A stretch of 64,000 nucleotides of DNA from the human T2T-CHM13v2.0 reference genome, Homo sapiens: NCBI RefSeq assembly GCF_009914755.1, contig NC_060935.1. One strand, written 5' to 3'. Each line of letters starts with the position of its first letter. The first letter of the stretch is position 1. Shown piece after piece: positions 33,474 to 50,387 of the stretch. A program made the position numbers and the translations under genes. The notes below the pieces were generated by a model, which did no database searches, was not told the DNA's origin, and saw nothing but the letters and a program-made list of their open reading frames with translations.

Positions 33474-35195
33474 TTTTGCATTTCTGTCAGCAATGGATGT
33501 CAATTTCTGTTGTTCTACATTCTCACCATCATTTGGTATTGTCAGGGTCTTTTTTTAATTCTAGTAATGAAATAGGTATGTAGTGGTAGCTCACTGTGGT
33601 TTTAATTTGCATTTTCTAATGAAAAATGATTTTGAGCATCTTTTAAATATACATACTTGCCATCTGTATATTTTCTTTGATGAAGTGATTATTCAGATCT
33701 TTTGCCCACTTTAAAAAATTGAATTGTTTTCTTGATGTTGAGTTTTAAAGGTTCTTTGTATATTCTGGATACTAGTTCTTTTTCAGATATATACTTTGCA
33801 AAGATTTCCCTTTTTTACCGGTTGTATCTCGTTTTTTCATTCTCTTAATGTCTTTGAAGAGCAAAATTTCTTACTAATTTATCCTTTTATGTATTATGAT
33901 TTTGGTGTCATATCTAAAGAAGTCTGATTAACACAAAGTCATAAAAATTTTCTTTTATGTTTTCTTTTAGAAGTTAGTGTTAGCTTTTATATTGAGGTCT
34001 GTGATCATTTTGAGTTAATTTTTGTATATGATATGAAGTATGAGTCCAAGTTCTTTTTTTGCATATGGATATCCAGTTCTAGACTATTTGTTTAAAAGAC
34101 TATCCTTTCTCCACTGCCTTTGTGCCTTTTCAGATCAGTTCTTGATGTATGTGTGGGCTTAATTCTGAACTATTTTATCCATTGGTCTATTTGTATATTT
34201 TTGTATCAGCATCAAATAGGTGATTGAATACTATGGGTATATCTGAAGTTTTCCATAATTTCTGGTCCACATTTTTTTCTCATGCACCAAAATGCTTGGT
34301 GTGGGTGTAGGGTTATTTTAGAGATAACTTTGAATCTAGCATAAAGTAAGCACTCAGTAAATGACAGCTGTTAAATTACAACCTAGTAGTAGACTTAATG
34401 AATTCTATAAACCTTACAACTTCCTGCATATGTTTATTACTATGTCTTTAATGATTTGCAGTATCTGGTAGGAGGTAATGTGTGTGTTTGGTTATGTAAG
34501 TATGAGAAAATAGGATTTAAGGTTTTTATGTTTAGTGAGTAATTCTTCAAGTTGTAAGAAAATATATTAAAAATTCCAGTTAGCAAAATTGCGGAAAATA
34601 TGCAGGTTGCATGCAATCACAACAACTCCAAAACCAAGAGTACATTACTGGAACGTTCACAGAGATGCAGGAAAGATTAAGGAGAATTAGAAAACATGAA
34701 TGGAAAGGTCATTATTTTTTCATTAAATTTCAAAGCCGTACCAAATGCTTTGGCTTGAGGAAGGGTGAAGATAGAGGGGGCTAGAGCTATATTAATAGTT
34801 AGCCCTAAAACTGGAATGAAAATGAATTCTATAATCTAAATTAGGCCAAGAAAAGGCAATAACTGTAGGTAATCAAGGAGGGTGGTTCTGGGCCTTCTAT
34901 TCAGTTGAGCAGCTCTGCTTGAGAGCATACTACATATTCCTTTGGTATTGGATCTCCATTCCCAGTGTATTTTTGCCAATAAAAATTATGGAATCAGTGT
35001 TTAATATGAATAATTGTCCGTAGTGCCAAGTAACTGAGTTTCTTACATAGTTGAATATATGTCAAATTGTCACTGACCTTCAGATTTTGGCTCCTTGGCT
35101 GGTGAGTGGATTGATGGCAGGGTGTACAGAGTGTAATCCCCTAAGTTAAGTGCAAGCTGCAGTTTCAGTTTGAAGAAGATTGTGGATCTGGTTAG

Positions 35196-35504
<309 letters not shown>

Positions 35505-37013
35505 TGATATTTTTGGAGGAACCAGAACTAATATAAGTTTTTGTACTAGGGTTGTTGAACATATAAAAAGTATAAGACATAATCTCTGTCCCTCAGGGGG
35601 TGGAAAGTTATATAAGAAAATACTTAAGTATTTTCTTCAGTGGATCAAGGAAACAGGGCAGGGAAAGAGACATCTCAAGGATTTCCATGGTTAGTTGGCA
35701 AATGATTGTTATAGATAATAATAGCAACAAATATTTATTGTCTACTATGTGCCAGACACTGTTGTAGTTATTGAAGTAATGGTGAACAATACAAAGGAAC
35801 TTCATTCGAATGGTGGTAGTCAGGAGGGAGGGTGATAAATAATTGATAAGAAAATAGATATATAAAGTAAATAGAGTAGAGTGGTGCTATAGATAAGAAA
35901 GTCATTAGGCTTCTCTGAGGTGGTGATGTTTGAGCAGAGACCTGAGTGATGAGAATGAGTCATATTAAGATCTTGGAAGAACGTGCCAGCAGAGGGAGCA
36001 GTGCACGTAAAGGCCATTATGTAGCATTGAGAATGGTCAGTGTGGCTTGAGTAGAATCCCTAAGGAAGTGGCGACAGATTGGTCTGAAAGGTAAGCAGGG
36101 ACCCAGTCAGATCATGTAGGGCCTAATAAGGATTTTAGATTTCGATTTTTATTTGTTCATTTTTCCCCTTTTTTCACTACAAAATCTCAGCATATAGATT
36201 TTATTTTAAATAGCCATTGTTGGGATTCAGGGTGGGGAATGATGTGATCTGATTCACATTTAAAAACAGTATCACTCTACCTGTTGGGTGGGTGATAGAC
36301 TGGGAGGTGGAAAAGAGCATAGCATTTCAGATGGGGTATGAATTAGGTGGGAAGAGAACATACTCCATCTAACAATATAAGGTTGGATGAAGTTCCTGAT
36401 ATAATTATATCCTGATGCCAAGGATACTAAATTAGAATTGTACAAGAGCAGACGTAGAATATCTGCACAGATTTCCTGGGCTCCTAGAGTTCCTGATGTA
36501 GGCCTGTAACTACCAGTGATATTGGACATCTCCATTCTTGTTTTGCTTCCACCTTTTCATATTAGAGGCTTTCATCACCATTTAAGAAGAGCTTACATTA
36601 ACATTCTATGTATTCCCTTTAAGCAATATTTATATATATATCCTGGTTCTTGAAAAAAATCAGCATCAGTAATACCATACTTTGTTGGGAAGATAGAGTG
36701 AAAGCCAAGCCAAGATCTTGTTTGCCTTGACTGTTTTTGCCTCCAGATTTCTGGTGTTGTGGAAAGCCCATTTTCCTTCATAGGGCAAGAGTGGAAGCAG
36801 GGAAATCAGTTAGGGGGCTATCGCTATAGTTCAGGAGAGAGTTGTTTATGGCTTGGACTGGAGTGGAGATGATGGGGATAATGAGAAGTGGTGAGATTTG
36901 GGTGTATTTAGAAGAGAGAAAGATGATAGGATTTGCTGATAGATGTGGCTATGAGGTGTTAGAAAAAGAGGGTAATCAAGGATGACAGATTTCTGGCCTG
37001 GGGAATTCGGTGA

Positions 37014-37318
<305 letters not shown>

Positions 37319-37319
37319 C

Positions 37320-37745
37320 GCACCACGTTTTCTTTATCCGGTCTTCTGTTGATGGGCATTTAGGTTGATTCCATGTTTTTGCTGTGTGAATAGTGCTGCG
37401 ATGAACATGTGTGCATGTGTCTTTATAGTTTGAATATAGTGTGAATATAGTATGAATATAGTGTGATATATATTCCTTTCTGTTTTGAGTTCTTTGAGAA
37501 ATCGCCAAACTGCTTTCCACAATGGTTGAACTACTTTACACTCCCACCAGCAGTGTATGAATGTTCTTTTCTCCACAACCTCCCCAGCATCTGTTGTTTT
37601 TTGACTTTTTAATAATAGCCATTCTGACTGATGTGAGATGGCATTTCATTGTGGTTTTGATTTGCATTTCTCTAATGATTCCTGATGTTGAGCATTTTTT
37701 CATATGCTTGTTGTCCATGTGTATGTCTTCTTTTGAAAAGCATTT
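37320..37745 (-). mobile_element. L1 ORF2 3' fragment, antisense
   Basis: Minus-strand ORFs give L1 ORF2 C-terminal peptides ([32 protein letters not shown]; [24 protein letters not shown]). Confidence 0.85.
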
Positions 37746-38099
37746 CTTCTCTGTGAGGATTAAAATGTGTAAGGTACTTAGTGTAGTGTCTCGACATCAC
37801 AGACACTGCATAAATACGTGATTTTTATTGTTTTCATTGGAAATTTCCTCTTTTGTTGAATTGAAATCTTTCTTCCTGGAGCTAATTCCAATTAATCTTA
37901 GTTCTTACCTCTGAGGACCCCATAGAACAGGCTTTACGAAACACAGACTTTCAAATATTAATGAAATTATTATATAAGCTAAATACTCACTGCTCTTTCA
38001 GTCTTTTCTGACATTTTTTATCTTAATCCCCTCTATCTTCTTACTAGTGGTTATGGTGGTTCCCAAACCTGTCTGCCCTTGAGAATTGTCTGAGGAGAC

Positions 38100-38740
<641 letters not shown>

Positions 38741-38931
38741 GAGAACCTTTTATTAAGTACATATTCTTGAACTTATAGGTCTGGAATGGGGCTCAAGCAC
38801 ATACATTTTTAAAAAGCATCCCATTTGATTCAGGTATATGCAGTTTAGAACCTGCAGCTCTAACCTGTTGATAGATAAATCATTGGTGTTAGGAACAAGA
38901 GGCTGTGATTTGCTAAGCTGGTCCTGTAAAG

Positions 38932-39140
38932 CAGTTTCTCAACTTCTGTACTCTTGACATTTTGGGCCAGATAATTATTTTGTTGAGGCAAGCTTTTCTG
39001 TGTGCACTGTGAGATGTTTAGTAGCATCCTGAGCCTTCACTTACTAGATGCCAGTAGCACCTCCCTGTTCCACACTCTCAAGCTGTGACAAGCAAAACTT
39101 ATTCAGAGGTTGCCAAATGACCCTTGGCAGAGAACCACTG
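38932..39140. mobile_element. MER20-like hAT DNA transposon
   Basis: cagtttctcaac...gacattttgggccagataatt...gatgccagtagcacc...gagaaccactg, with terminal inverted repeats. Confidence 0.75.
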
Positions 39141-39341
39141 CCATAAAGGATGGAGAATTCATAGTTCTAATAGTTGGAGAATAGTTCAAAATATCTCTCA
39201 ATGTACTTCCTTCTCTTACTATTCTCTTGCATAGGTACTACAAGTGACCAATCACAAAATTTGTGGCTGGTACTTTAAAATCAAGTATATTTCAGTTTTT
39301 CTAATTTTCTGTTACATAGTAGATTGCACGTGGTCCTGTAA

Positions 39342-39660
<319 letters not shown>

Positions 39661-39957
39661 TCAATACTGCTAGTCTTTTAAAACCTTCTTGTTCATAGCG
39701 TTAATAGTCATAACAACCTGATACATGCTCCAGTAGCAGGGAAAGAATCCTCCATTTAGGTATTCCATTGCGTGCTCATTTTAGTATTCTGTTACTGATA
39801 TTTATCCTTCTTTGTATATACCAACCTTCCTCCACCCCCCTCTCCAAACCATACAGACACTAGTCTAGAGGAAGAATATGCTCAAGAATACCAGCACCCA
39901 GTGGACACATGAGCTGTTATATGTCTAACTAGGTTCCTACTCAACTCTGTCTTGCAG

Positions 39958-40084
39958 TGAGAGCTTACAAGAAAATTGTAGAATTGAGACACCTCCTGGA
40001 AATTGCCGAGAGCAACTATAAACACTTGGGAGGCATAACAGAAGAAGATTTAAAGCAGAAGAAAGAACAGCTTGAGTCTGAAAA
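39958..40084 (+). CDS. ANKRD42: ANKRD42 coding exon, start of coiled coil ((M)RAYKKIVELRHLLEIAESNYKHLGGITEEDLKQKKEQLESE(K))
   Basis: cttgcAG acceptor, GTaatg donor at 40085; 127 nt; phase 1-2 links the flanking exons in frame. Confidence 0.9.
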
Positions 40085-40576
40085 GTAATGTCCTTAAAAC
40101 TTTAATGATTTGTTTTTAAATACCTCTCTAAATGCCATGTGAGGGTTTGTTGATCAGCAACTTTTACTTTCATCTTGCCAAAGGGTGTTAGGTTCCATCC
40201 TGTTTTTCTCCTAAGCCCTTAGATGACAAAGGAGTTAAAATTTTTAAATAATTGTGATAAAATACACATAAAATTTACCATCTTAACCATTTTTTAAGTA
40301 TACGGTTCAGTAGTGTTAAGTACATTCCCATCGTTGTGCAACCAATCTCCAGAACTCTCATCTTGCAAAACTGACATTCTAACATAGTCTCTGAACATTT
40401 TCATCAGGCTACACTGCCCATTCATAAATCTGAGACTAGGTCTTGTGTTCACTGATTATAGTACCCAACAGAGAATGCTCTTGCATCTAGAGGCAGTGAG
40501 CAAGTGCATGGTTGTCTCTGCCTTTCACTTCCTGTACCCTAAATTGGCTCTCTGGACAATGGGTACCTCTCTAATA

Positions 40577-40916
40577 GCAGTTGGCTCTCTATATCTGTGG
40601 GCTCCACATCATGGATGCAACCAAACTTGGATAGATAATAATCAGGAAAAAGAAATAGGATGGTTGTGTCTGTGTTGAACATTTGTAGACTTTTTTCCTT
40701 TGTTATTATTCCATAAATAATATGCTACAACAACTTATTGTATACTACTACAATAAGTAATCTAGAGATGATTCAAATTATACAGGAGAATGCATATAGA
40801 TTATATGCAGATACGTATGTACTATACCATTTTAATGTAAGGGACTTAGCATCCGTGGGTTTTGGTGTCTGGAGCTTCCTGGAACCAGTTCCTCTTTGAT
40901 ACTGAGAGACTACTGT
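40577..40916. mobile_element. Tigger/MER2-like DNA transposon remnant
   Basis: cagttggctctctatatctgtggg start; ttatatgcag..tactataccatttt..taagggactt..catcc; gatactgagagactactgta end. Related fragments at ~20590-20656 and ~21290-21492. Confidence 0.65.
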
Positions 40917-41689
40917 AGTTAATAGCTGCTGGGATAGAGGATGCCTCGAGCTTCTTTCATCCTACTGTCTCTCTGCTTGTCTGTCTATCTGCTTTCCAGA
41001 ATGGACAGGGAGCAGAGAGAGACAGGAGAGGGAACTTTGGATTTAATCAAACATGGGTCCAGAAAGAGAACCACACATGGATTCCCTTCTTTGTCCTCTG
41101 CTTTTCCTGCCTTTTCCTTTGGTCGTGTCTTGTTCCGTCACACTCTTAGAACTGCCTGTTTCCCTTTCCTCCACCTGTTTCCAAATCTAGTTCTGAAAGA
41201 GGTCTGCTAACTGTATTCAGAGTAACATCTAAATCTTTGATAAGGATTAATGTGGTTAAGCTGACATTTGGCTCTAGTTTAAAAGAAAGAAAATAAAAAA
41301 TAATATAAGGATTAATGTGTCATTCTTCCATGGATGGATACTTGGGAATTTAAACAGATGGCAAAACATTAGGCCAAAATACTCTTTTTTCTGTTTTTTT
41401 CCCTGCTACCCTATTAACTGAAACTACCTCTTGATGTGATTTTAGACACTAGGAAGCTGTGGCAGACTGATTTTTTTGTTTTTGTTTTAAATCAGGAGCT
41501 TTCTTGGTATCTCACAAATCATATCATATAGGTGGCTGTCCACTGCCTCTATACTGTTTGAAGTGTTTTGAGATGTAGATTTTTTTTTTTTTAGTGTTAG
41601 CCTTGGTCTAAGAGCCTAGCTGAAAGTTCTTAGATTCCTTGTAGTCTAGAAAAGTACCTCATGGTGGAAAAATTATTTCCTACTAATGA

Positions 41690-41828
41690 CTTTTTTTTTT
41701 GTATTTTTAGTAGAGATAGGGTTACACCGTGTTGGCCAGGCTGGCCTCAAATTCCTGGCCTCAAGTGATCCACCTGCCTCCGCCTCCCAAAGTGCTGGGG
41801 TTACAGACGTGAGCCACCGCGCCTGGCC
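41690..41828 (-). mobile_element. Alu left-arm fragment
   Basis: Antisense left monomer. Confidence 0.8.
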
Positions 41829-42402
41829 TCCCTTTTATTCTTTAAATGATTCTATCACATTGGCTTCTGTTTTTCTTGTACTTCATCAGGCATCCTTCTA
41901 CTTTAGGGCCTTTGCACTTGTTCCTTTTGTCTGGAATGCTTTTCCTCTAATGTCTACAGGGTTATCTCTCTTATTTCCTTCAGGGCTTGGCTTAGAAGCC
42001 CCCTTCTCAATAAAGCCTTCCCTAGCCACTGTGTATGAAATGTTAAGCCCCTCTTCCACAACATTTTATACTACTCTTTCCTGCTTTATTTTTGTTTTCT
42101 CCTTTAGCACTTATTACCTTCCAACATACCATATATTTTACTTATTTATTTTCCTTGTTGTCTGCATATCTCTATTACTAAAGTAAGGTCCAGGAAGGCA
42201 GATTTTGGGCCTTTTGTTCACCACTGTATCCCCAATACCTAGGTCAGTGCTCATTCTTAGTAGACCCTTAATACATATTTGTTGAATAAATGATTTCTTT
42301 GTTTTATTTGCCTTAAATACAATGTATGAATGCTTTCCACTACTAAAAGTAATTATTAGTTGACATTGATGATTGATTTTTAAAAAATTTTGTTTTTGAT
42401 AG

Positions 42403-42547
42403 GACCATCAAAGAACTGCAGGGCCAGCTGGAGTATGAACGACTACGTAGAGAAAAATTAGAATGTCAGCTTGATGAATATCGAGCAGAAGTTGATCAAC
42501 TCAGGGAAACACTGGAAAAAATTCAAGTCCCAAACTTTGTGGCTATG
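42403..42547 (+). CDS. ANKRD42: ANKRD42 coding exon, coiled coil (TIKELQGQLEYERLRREKLECQLDEYRAEVDQLRETLEKIQVPNFVAM)
   Basis: ttgatAG acceptor at 42401-42402, GTtggt donor at 42548; 145 nt; heptad-like E/K/L-rich peptide. The frame also stays open past the donor to TGA at 42662-42664. Confidence 0.9.
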
Positions 42548-42594
42548 GTTGGTGTCCTTTTTAATACATTTATTTTTCTCAAGAAGTATATACA

Positions 42595-42754
42595 AGAGTG
42601 GCCAAGAGTACAAGCTTTGGGCTGGGGCTCTTTGGACTTGAATCCTGGCTATAGTCTTTTTTGATTTGGGCTACTCATTTAACCTTTTTGTGCCTCAACT
42701 ATAAACTGGAGATGATAACTTATACTTTCTAGAGCTGATGACAGGATTAAAGGA

Positions 42755-42755
<1 letters not shown>
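42595..42755 (+). mobile_element. MIR remnant directly after the ANKRD42 42403-42547 exon
   Basis: gtggccaagagtacaagctttgg...ttgaatcctggct...tttaacctttttgtgcctca..tataaactggagatgataa resembles the MIR consensus. Confidence 0.6.

Positions 42756-42756
<1 letters not shown>

Positions 42757-42788
<32 letters not shown>
42757..42788. repeat. (AC)n microsatellite
   Basis: Direct reading. Confidence 0.9.
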
Positions 42789-42791
<3 letters not shown>

Positions 42792-43659
42792 ATATGTAAC
42801 TATAACTTTCTAGATACATACACACATCTGTCTATCTATCTTCAAACAGCAGCCTAGTTCATAAGTATTATTGTTAACATTGTACCATAGAAGGAGAAAA
42901 TGTTTTCATAAGTAATCAATCAGAATTCTAAGACAGCTAGAGGATATGTATATTTTAATATTCTAAATAACCAAAATAAAGTGCTTTGAATGGAATCCAT
43001 ATTTTCTTTCCATGGGGAAGTTTCTTCATCAATCATCATGGATGAATTAATTCTGTTTGAGGCTTGTGTCACCTCAAATCTGATCTATTAATATTATAGA
43101 ATCTTCCTGGCTTCTTTTTATTTTGCACAAACTAGTCATTGGTCTCTTTAATAACCACTTTAAAAATATTAAAATAATAAAACATGTTTGTTGTATAGTG
43201 TTAAAAACAAGATAGATGTTCCTTCTGACACTAAGTTCCACTCTCCAGAGGAAGCTATTGTTAACAATTTAGTACATACCATATTAGACAAAATTCTATT
43301 TATCTGCAAACATGTATGTGTATTTCTATGCATATGCAAATATAACCACTTCCTCAGTTTCTCTGGGTTTTGGTGTCTCACCAGTGGTTGATTTTCCAAG
43401 AAATATAATTAACTATAATAATTAATCTATTCTCTTCATTTTGCAACCCTCTTCTTGTACGATCTTTAGCACATGGGGAAAATTTAGTATCAGAGAGGCC
43501 AGCTGTACAGTCATGTGTTGGTTAGAGGGCTAGAGGACACAGCACCATTTATAACTCACTGCTTCCAATCAAATCTGTTACCCCTCCACCTTGTGGCAGG
43601 GACTCTGTGACTCCCAGTCTCCTCAAAAGTAGAAAGGTAAGTTGTAAGTTGTTGTTCTT

Positions 43660-43890
43660 CGTTTTTTCTTTTTTTGGACAGGGTCTTGCTCTTGTCACCC
43701 ATACTTCAATGCAGTGGTGCCATCATAGGGCACTGTAGCCTCGAACTCCCTAGGTTCAAGTGATCCTCTTGCCTCAGCCTCCCAAGTAGCTGGGACTGTA
43801 GGCATGCACCAACACACCTGGCCAATTAGTTTTTTTGTTTGTTTGTTTGTTTGTTTTGTAAGGACGGGATCTTGCTTTGTTGCCAAGGCT
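43660..43890 (-). mobile_element. Partial AluJ
   Basis: Antisense right arm plus part of the left arm. Confidence 0.8.
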
Positions 43891-46289
43891 AAGTTGTTGT
43901 TCTTCAGCTGCCTAGGTGGGACAATCTTTTGGGGTGGTCACGCAAGCTGCACATTTTCTTTTGAGCCATTCCAAACTGTCTACTTTAGGAATGTTTCTGT
44001 CTTTTAGCTATTTAGAAATTCTCTTTGCTTACTCAGAAGCATCTGTTCTCAGGTTGGATCTGGTTTCATACTTCACAGTTTTGCTTCCCTAAAACTTCAC
44101 TCTACCAACAATGTGTAGGCTTTCAGGAGAGCTATCTCAAGGTCCCTGTGCTCAGAGTTCATTTTTTTTTGCATTCTTGCTTTAGGTTATACCTAATTTT
44201 TGTAAATAAGCAAATGTCACTGAGCTTTCATGGCAGCTGCAACTCTGGCACTGCTTATTTTCACTTGCAAAAGCTTGAATCTCAATTTCCTCATCTTTAA
44301 AATGAGGAATAATAATACCTACCTCATGGAATTGTATTGATGTTAAATGGAATATTGTGTAGAAATCCTGAATTTGGTTTCTAGCACGCAGAGGTATTCA
44401 CTATATAGTAGTAGTCATTGTATTATTTACTCCCTTTCTTTTTTTCCATTTTCTATATTACAGATGAATTGACATGGTCAGTGGATAAATAAATGTGTAG
44501 AGCCACATGCAGCTAAGGATAGGAAGAATTTATTTGGGAGTCTAATTATATGTAATGTATAAGTAAAATGAACTTTTCGTTCAGGATTATAAATACGGAA
44601 TCCTCAAGAAGCTCTGACTAAGTCTTTCTCCTGCCACCTTCTGGTCAGGACCTATGATTGCATACTACTGTACCTTAAGATCCTCGGCCCCCAACATAAT
44701 CTGCAATAGTATAATTTTTACTGAGAAAAAAAATTATTCGAATAGTTTCCTAGGATAGTTTGACATATATAAAGCACTTAAATGGTTTTTTGATAACAGC
44801 TGTTTTTATAGCACTTTCTCAGATATTATCTCATTTTAGTCTGCATCAACCCTATGAGGAGGTAGAATGATATATATATTTTTGATCCCATGTTATAAAT
44901 GAGAGGGCAGAGGCTCAGAGAAGTTGAGAGTCTTGTTAGAGCATACAGCTAGTGTAAGGCAGGAGCAAACTCAGAATCTCTGTCTCCACATTATATTTTT
45001 CTAATACTTCTGTGGAAATGACTATCAAATCCATACTTAAGTACTGTGTCCCCACTAGGGATCCCCACCTGTATTTCCCACTGCTCGTCAACTGGACATT
45101 TCCACCCGAAATTCCTGGTGGTGCTTGAATTAAAAAAAAATGTCCAGAACCAAGCTCAATATCAAGACCAGATTCTCTCCCCTATCTCTGCATTTAAATT
45201 AATGGCATCACTATTTTCTCAACTACCCAGTCTTGGACTCTTAATGATTAGCCATGTTTTCTCCTTTAGATCATACAAAAAGCGAGTCCATCCTGTAGGT
45301 AGGAACATGTTCTCTACTTTCACTGCTTCCCTAGTTTAGGTTTCTATATCTTTCTATCTGAACTACTGTGATAGAATTTTGGTATTTACTCCTTCCCTAT
45401 CCAAATCCATTTGACTCACAGTGGTCAGCTTGATTTTCTTGTCACTCCTTGGATTGAAAATCTTCCTTACCTGAATAAGTACTGATTCTTCAGTTTGACA
45501 TTCAGCCTTAACCTACCTCACCAACTTTATTTTTGTCTGTTCTCCTATATATATATTAATAGCTTATTTTTTCTTAAGCTACCCTATGCTTTCCCATCAT
45601 TAAGCCTTTGTTCAATTTGTCCATATACCTTGAAAACTGCCTGTTGACTCTGTAAAATCCCCTAGGAGCCATCTCATTTATCACCCCTTTCCTAGTCTCC
45701 CTGGTCACACGTGATCTCTCCTTCTATCAAGCACCTTGTACTGGTCTGAGGGCTTCTCGTCATCTGTATCACAGCATGATTGGGCACTTACTTTACCCGC
45801 AGTACTGAAAATCTAAGTTTTATAAGATCACTTAACTTATGTTAATAACATCATCTTAGTCATCATTAACAACAGGTTTTGAGTATGTTGGGCTTAGTGT
45901 TAAGACTTTATATTCAGCAGATACCATCTTCATTTTATAAATGAAGAAATCAACTCTCAGATAAAATAAACAATTTATAAAGTTACAAAGCTTGTTAGAT
46001 GGCTAGCCATGATTTCAACCTGTCTAGCCCCAAGTCTATGCTTTTAACACCACTTGTTACTGCTATTATAAACCCCTCACATTCCCTCTTTCTGTGCTTT
46101 TAAGAACATTTATTTTGAAAATTTTTCTTTGAAAACTTTTGATGATAGCTTTTTAATTTTAGTGAATTAATTTAGTAAATTAATTTTAGGGTTAATTTAC
46201 TTATGAAAACTTAAAAATTGGTAAGAATTTTGTTAAAATGTTACACTATAAGTTCAAACATATATTTCAAGATATGTCTTAAATTGGAA

Positions 46290-47280
46290 GTTGAGATGAT
46301 AAAATATAACGTAGGATATCTTCATGACCTTGGGGTAGGAAAAAAATGTGTAGACTGGACTTCATTAAAATAAGACTTCAGTTCATCAAAGATTATATGA
46401 ACAGACTTGAAAAGGCAAGCCAAAGTGTAGAAAAACATATTTCCTTTCTTTCTCTCTGCTTTTCTTTCTTCTCTCCTATCTGAAAAAGAAGTTGTATCTA
46501 GAATATATAAATCAACGTGAAAAAGACAGTCCAGTAAAAAAACTGGGCAAGACTTGCATAGGCATTTCACAAAAGAAGATATCCAAGTGGCCAATAAACA
46601 TGAAATTGTGCTCAAAATCACTGGTTATCAGAAATGTAAATTAAAACCCAAACAAGATACCAATATATACCCATCAGAATGGCAAAAATTGAAACAGACG
46701 TTACCAAATGCTGGTGAGGATGTGGAACAACTGGAGATTTTATACACCAGTGGTGGCAGTGTAAATTGGCTACCACTTTGGAAAATTAATTCCTAGTGGA
46801 ATTAGTACATGTTTCTTTGTGTACACAGATGGACACCAAAAATATATAATGTTCTTGTCAGCATTATTACATATATCTCTCAAACTAGAATCATCTAAAA
46901 ATTCCCTCAACAGTAAGAATCAATACATTTTGCTATATTCATACAATGGAATATTATATAGCAATGAAAATGTGTGAATTGCTACTCTACACATCACCAC
47001 GAATGAATTTCACAAACACTATGCTGACTAAAAGGAAACAATATGAAAGAACACATACCGTGTGATTACATGTAGTCCACAAATCAGTAAGATAAATCAA
47101 GTCAGTAGTGCCTAGGAAGGGGCAAATGGAGGCTTCTGGGATACTGGTAATGTCTAATCTCTTTATCTCAGTCATGGTCACAGGGGTGTGTTCACTTTGT
47201 AAAAATTCATCAAGCTGTACCTTTTTTTTTCTTTGTGCTCTTTGGTATATATATTGTACTTAAAACATTAAATTTAAACT
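46290..47280 (+). mobile_element. Ancient L1 (L1ME-type) 3' fragment
   Basis: Degenerate ORF2 peptide HFTKEDIQVANKH...NAGEDVEQLE...GGSVNWLPLWK and catacaatggaatattatatagcaatgaaaa motif. Confidence 0.75.
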
Positions 47281-48439
47281 AATATTTTAAGTATAATATA
47301 TATTTAGATATATACTTAATACATATACTTAAATATAATGTAATAGCTTTGGCAGAGCTGTCTGTCCACAGAGAGAGTTATGTAGCACTGAACTCATAGC
47401 TTCTGTCTCCAGAACCAGTATTATTCAGGAAGTCCTTGATCTACAGCTTTGGGCCATGTTTGCTAATCAAGAGTGACTGACCGGGAACCGGTAATATTCC
47501 ATGGTTACCTTCCATGTTTCACTTAACCTTATTTTCTACCTACAAAGGTCTGGAACAAGGTTGAACTTTGATGTGGTCTCTGCTGGGCTTCTCTCTGACC
47601 TATGACATCCTAGCTTATGTACCTAGAGTGGCCCATGGAGCAATATGAGGACTTCAGTGAGTTTATCCATGTTCAACTCTTAGCTTGGGGAAGTTCTAAA
47701 AGTTTGTGATTTCCCTTTCTTTCTCTTTGTTTATACCCTACTTTTTTGGGGGAGAAGGGTTAGTTTTGACACTGTTAAGAAGAGTCTGTACTGGTAAGCA
47801 AGAAGGTGGAATTCTCTTATAGTTTCATATGCTGTCTAGAATTTCTCAGAGTGCATAGGCTTTTTGAAAAATAAGAATTCCATATATCCCAGCAGTAATT
47901 TGTAGATCCATAAACTCTTTCAACAGTTTTATATGTAGAATTTTAATCTGTTCGACAAACCTGTTCTTTCAGGGCAAAAAAATACATACATTTTCCCCAC
48001 AAGGATTTTTGTCTAATTTTGTTGTAGTAATAGACTGCATTTACATTTAGAATTGCTTTTGGTGCCTAAGCATTATGATTCATGTATTTAGTATCTTAAT
48101 ATACAGTTCTATTGAGTTTAGGAGAAAACATGTATTGGGGAGAAATATATTTCTTGGCTATGATGTAAGATAAAGAAACGAGTAATCTTGGTGAAAAATG
48201 TTCTCCAAATGCAGAAACTTTTAGAATTGGGAGATTTGGAACCTTCAGTGAACACTTATGGAAGGCCTGTTGAATGCCAAGCACATATTTTCTTTTGAAG
48301 TTGTATTTTAAGACTTGGTTTGATAGAACAAGTTACATATTTGGTGTTAGGAGGGACTTTGGAAAATTTGGAATCCTCTTCTAATACATAAAAGGTAAAG
48401 AAAAATAAGTATTGCTGTCTTTGGAAGTCTTTAATTAAT

Positions 48440-50083
<1,644 letters not shown>

Positions 50084-50297
50084 TTAAGGTGCCTCCTAGT
50101 GATATGATTCAGCACAATATAATGCACTGTTACTTCACATTTGGGAATTTATTCACATAAAATCCTAAAAGAAATTTAATCAGAGTTGAAAATACTAGCA
50201 TGGTTAATTTTTTTTTCTTTTGAACAGGCAATGTAGAAAGACGAAAATGTGTGCTAGCATGAAAATTGTATTTGACCCTCTTTTCCTTTGCTTATAG

Positions 50298-50387
50298 GAA
50301 GACAGCGCTTCTTGTGAGTCAAACAAAGAGAAGAGGCGAGTAAAAAAAAAGGTTTCTTCTGGAGGGGTGTTTGTGAGAAGGTACTAA
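50298..50387 (+). CDS. ANKRD42: ANKRD42 terminal coding exon (EDSASCESNKEKRRVKKKVSSGGVFVRRY*)
   Basis: Pyrimidine tract + cttatAG acceptor; phase 0 matches the donor at 42548; TAA at 50385-50387; ATTAAA at 50430 and 50523 downstream. Confidence 0.82.
   Translation, partial: EDSASCESNKEKRRVKKKVSSGGVFVRRY

Larger units (their letters stand above)
32160..34210 (-). mobile_element. Old L1 (L1MB/L1MC-type) 3' portion, antisense, with nested Alus
   Basis: ttatataaatggaatcatac; gtatgtttaactttataagaaactgcc; gcatatggatatccagttct motifs. Confidence 0.75.
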
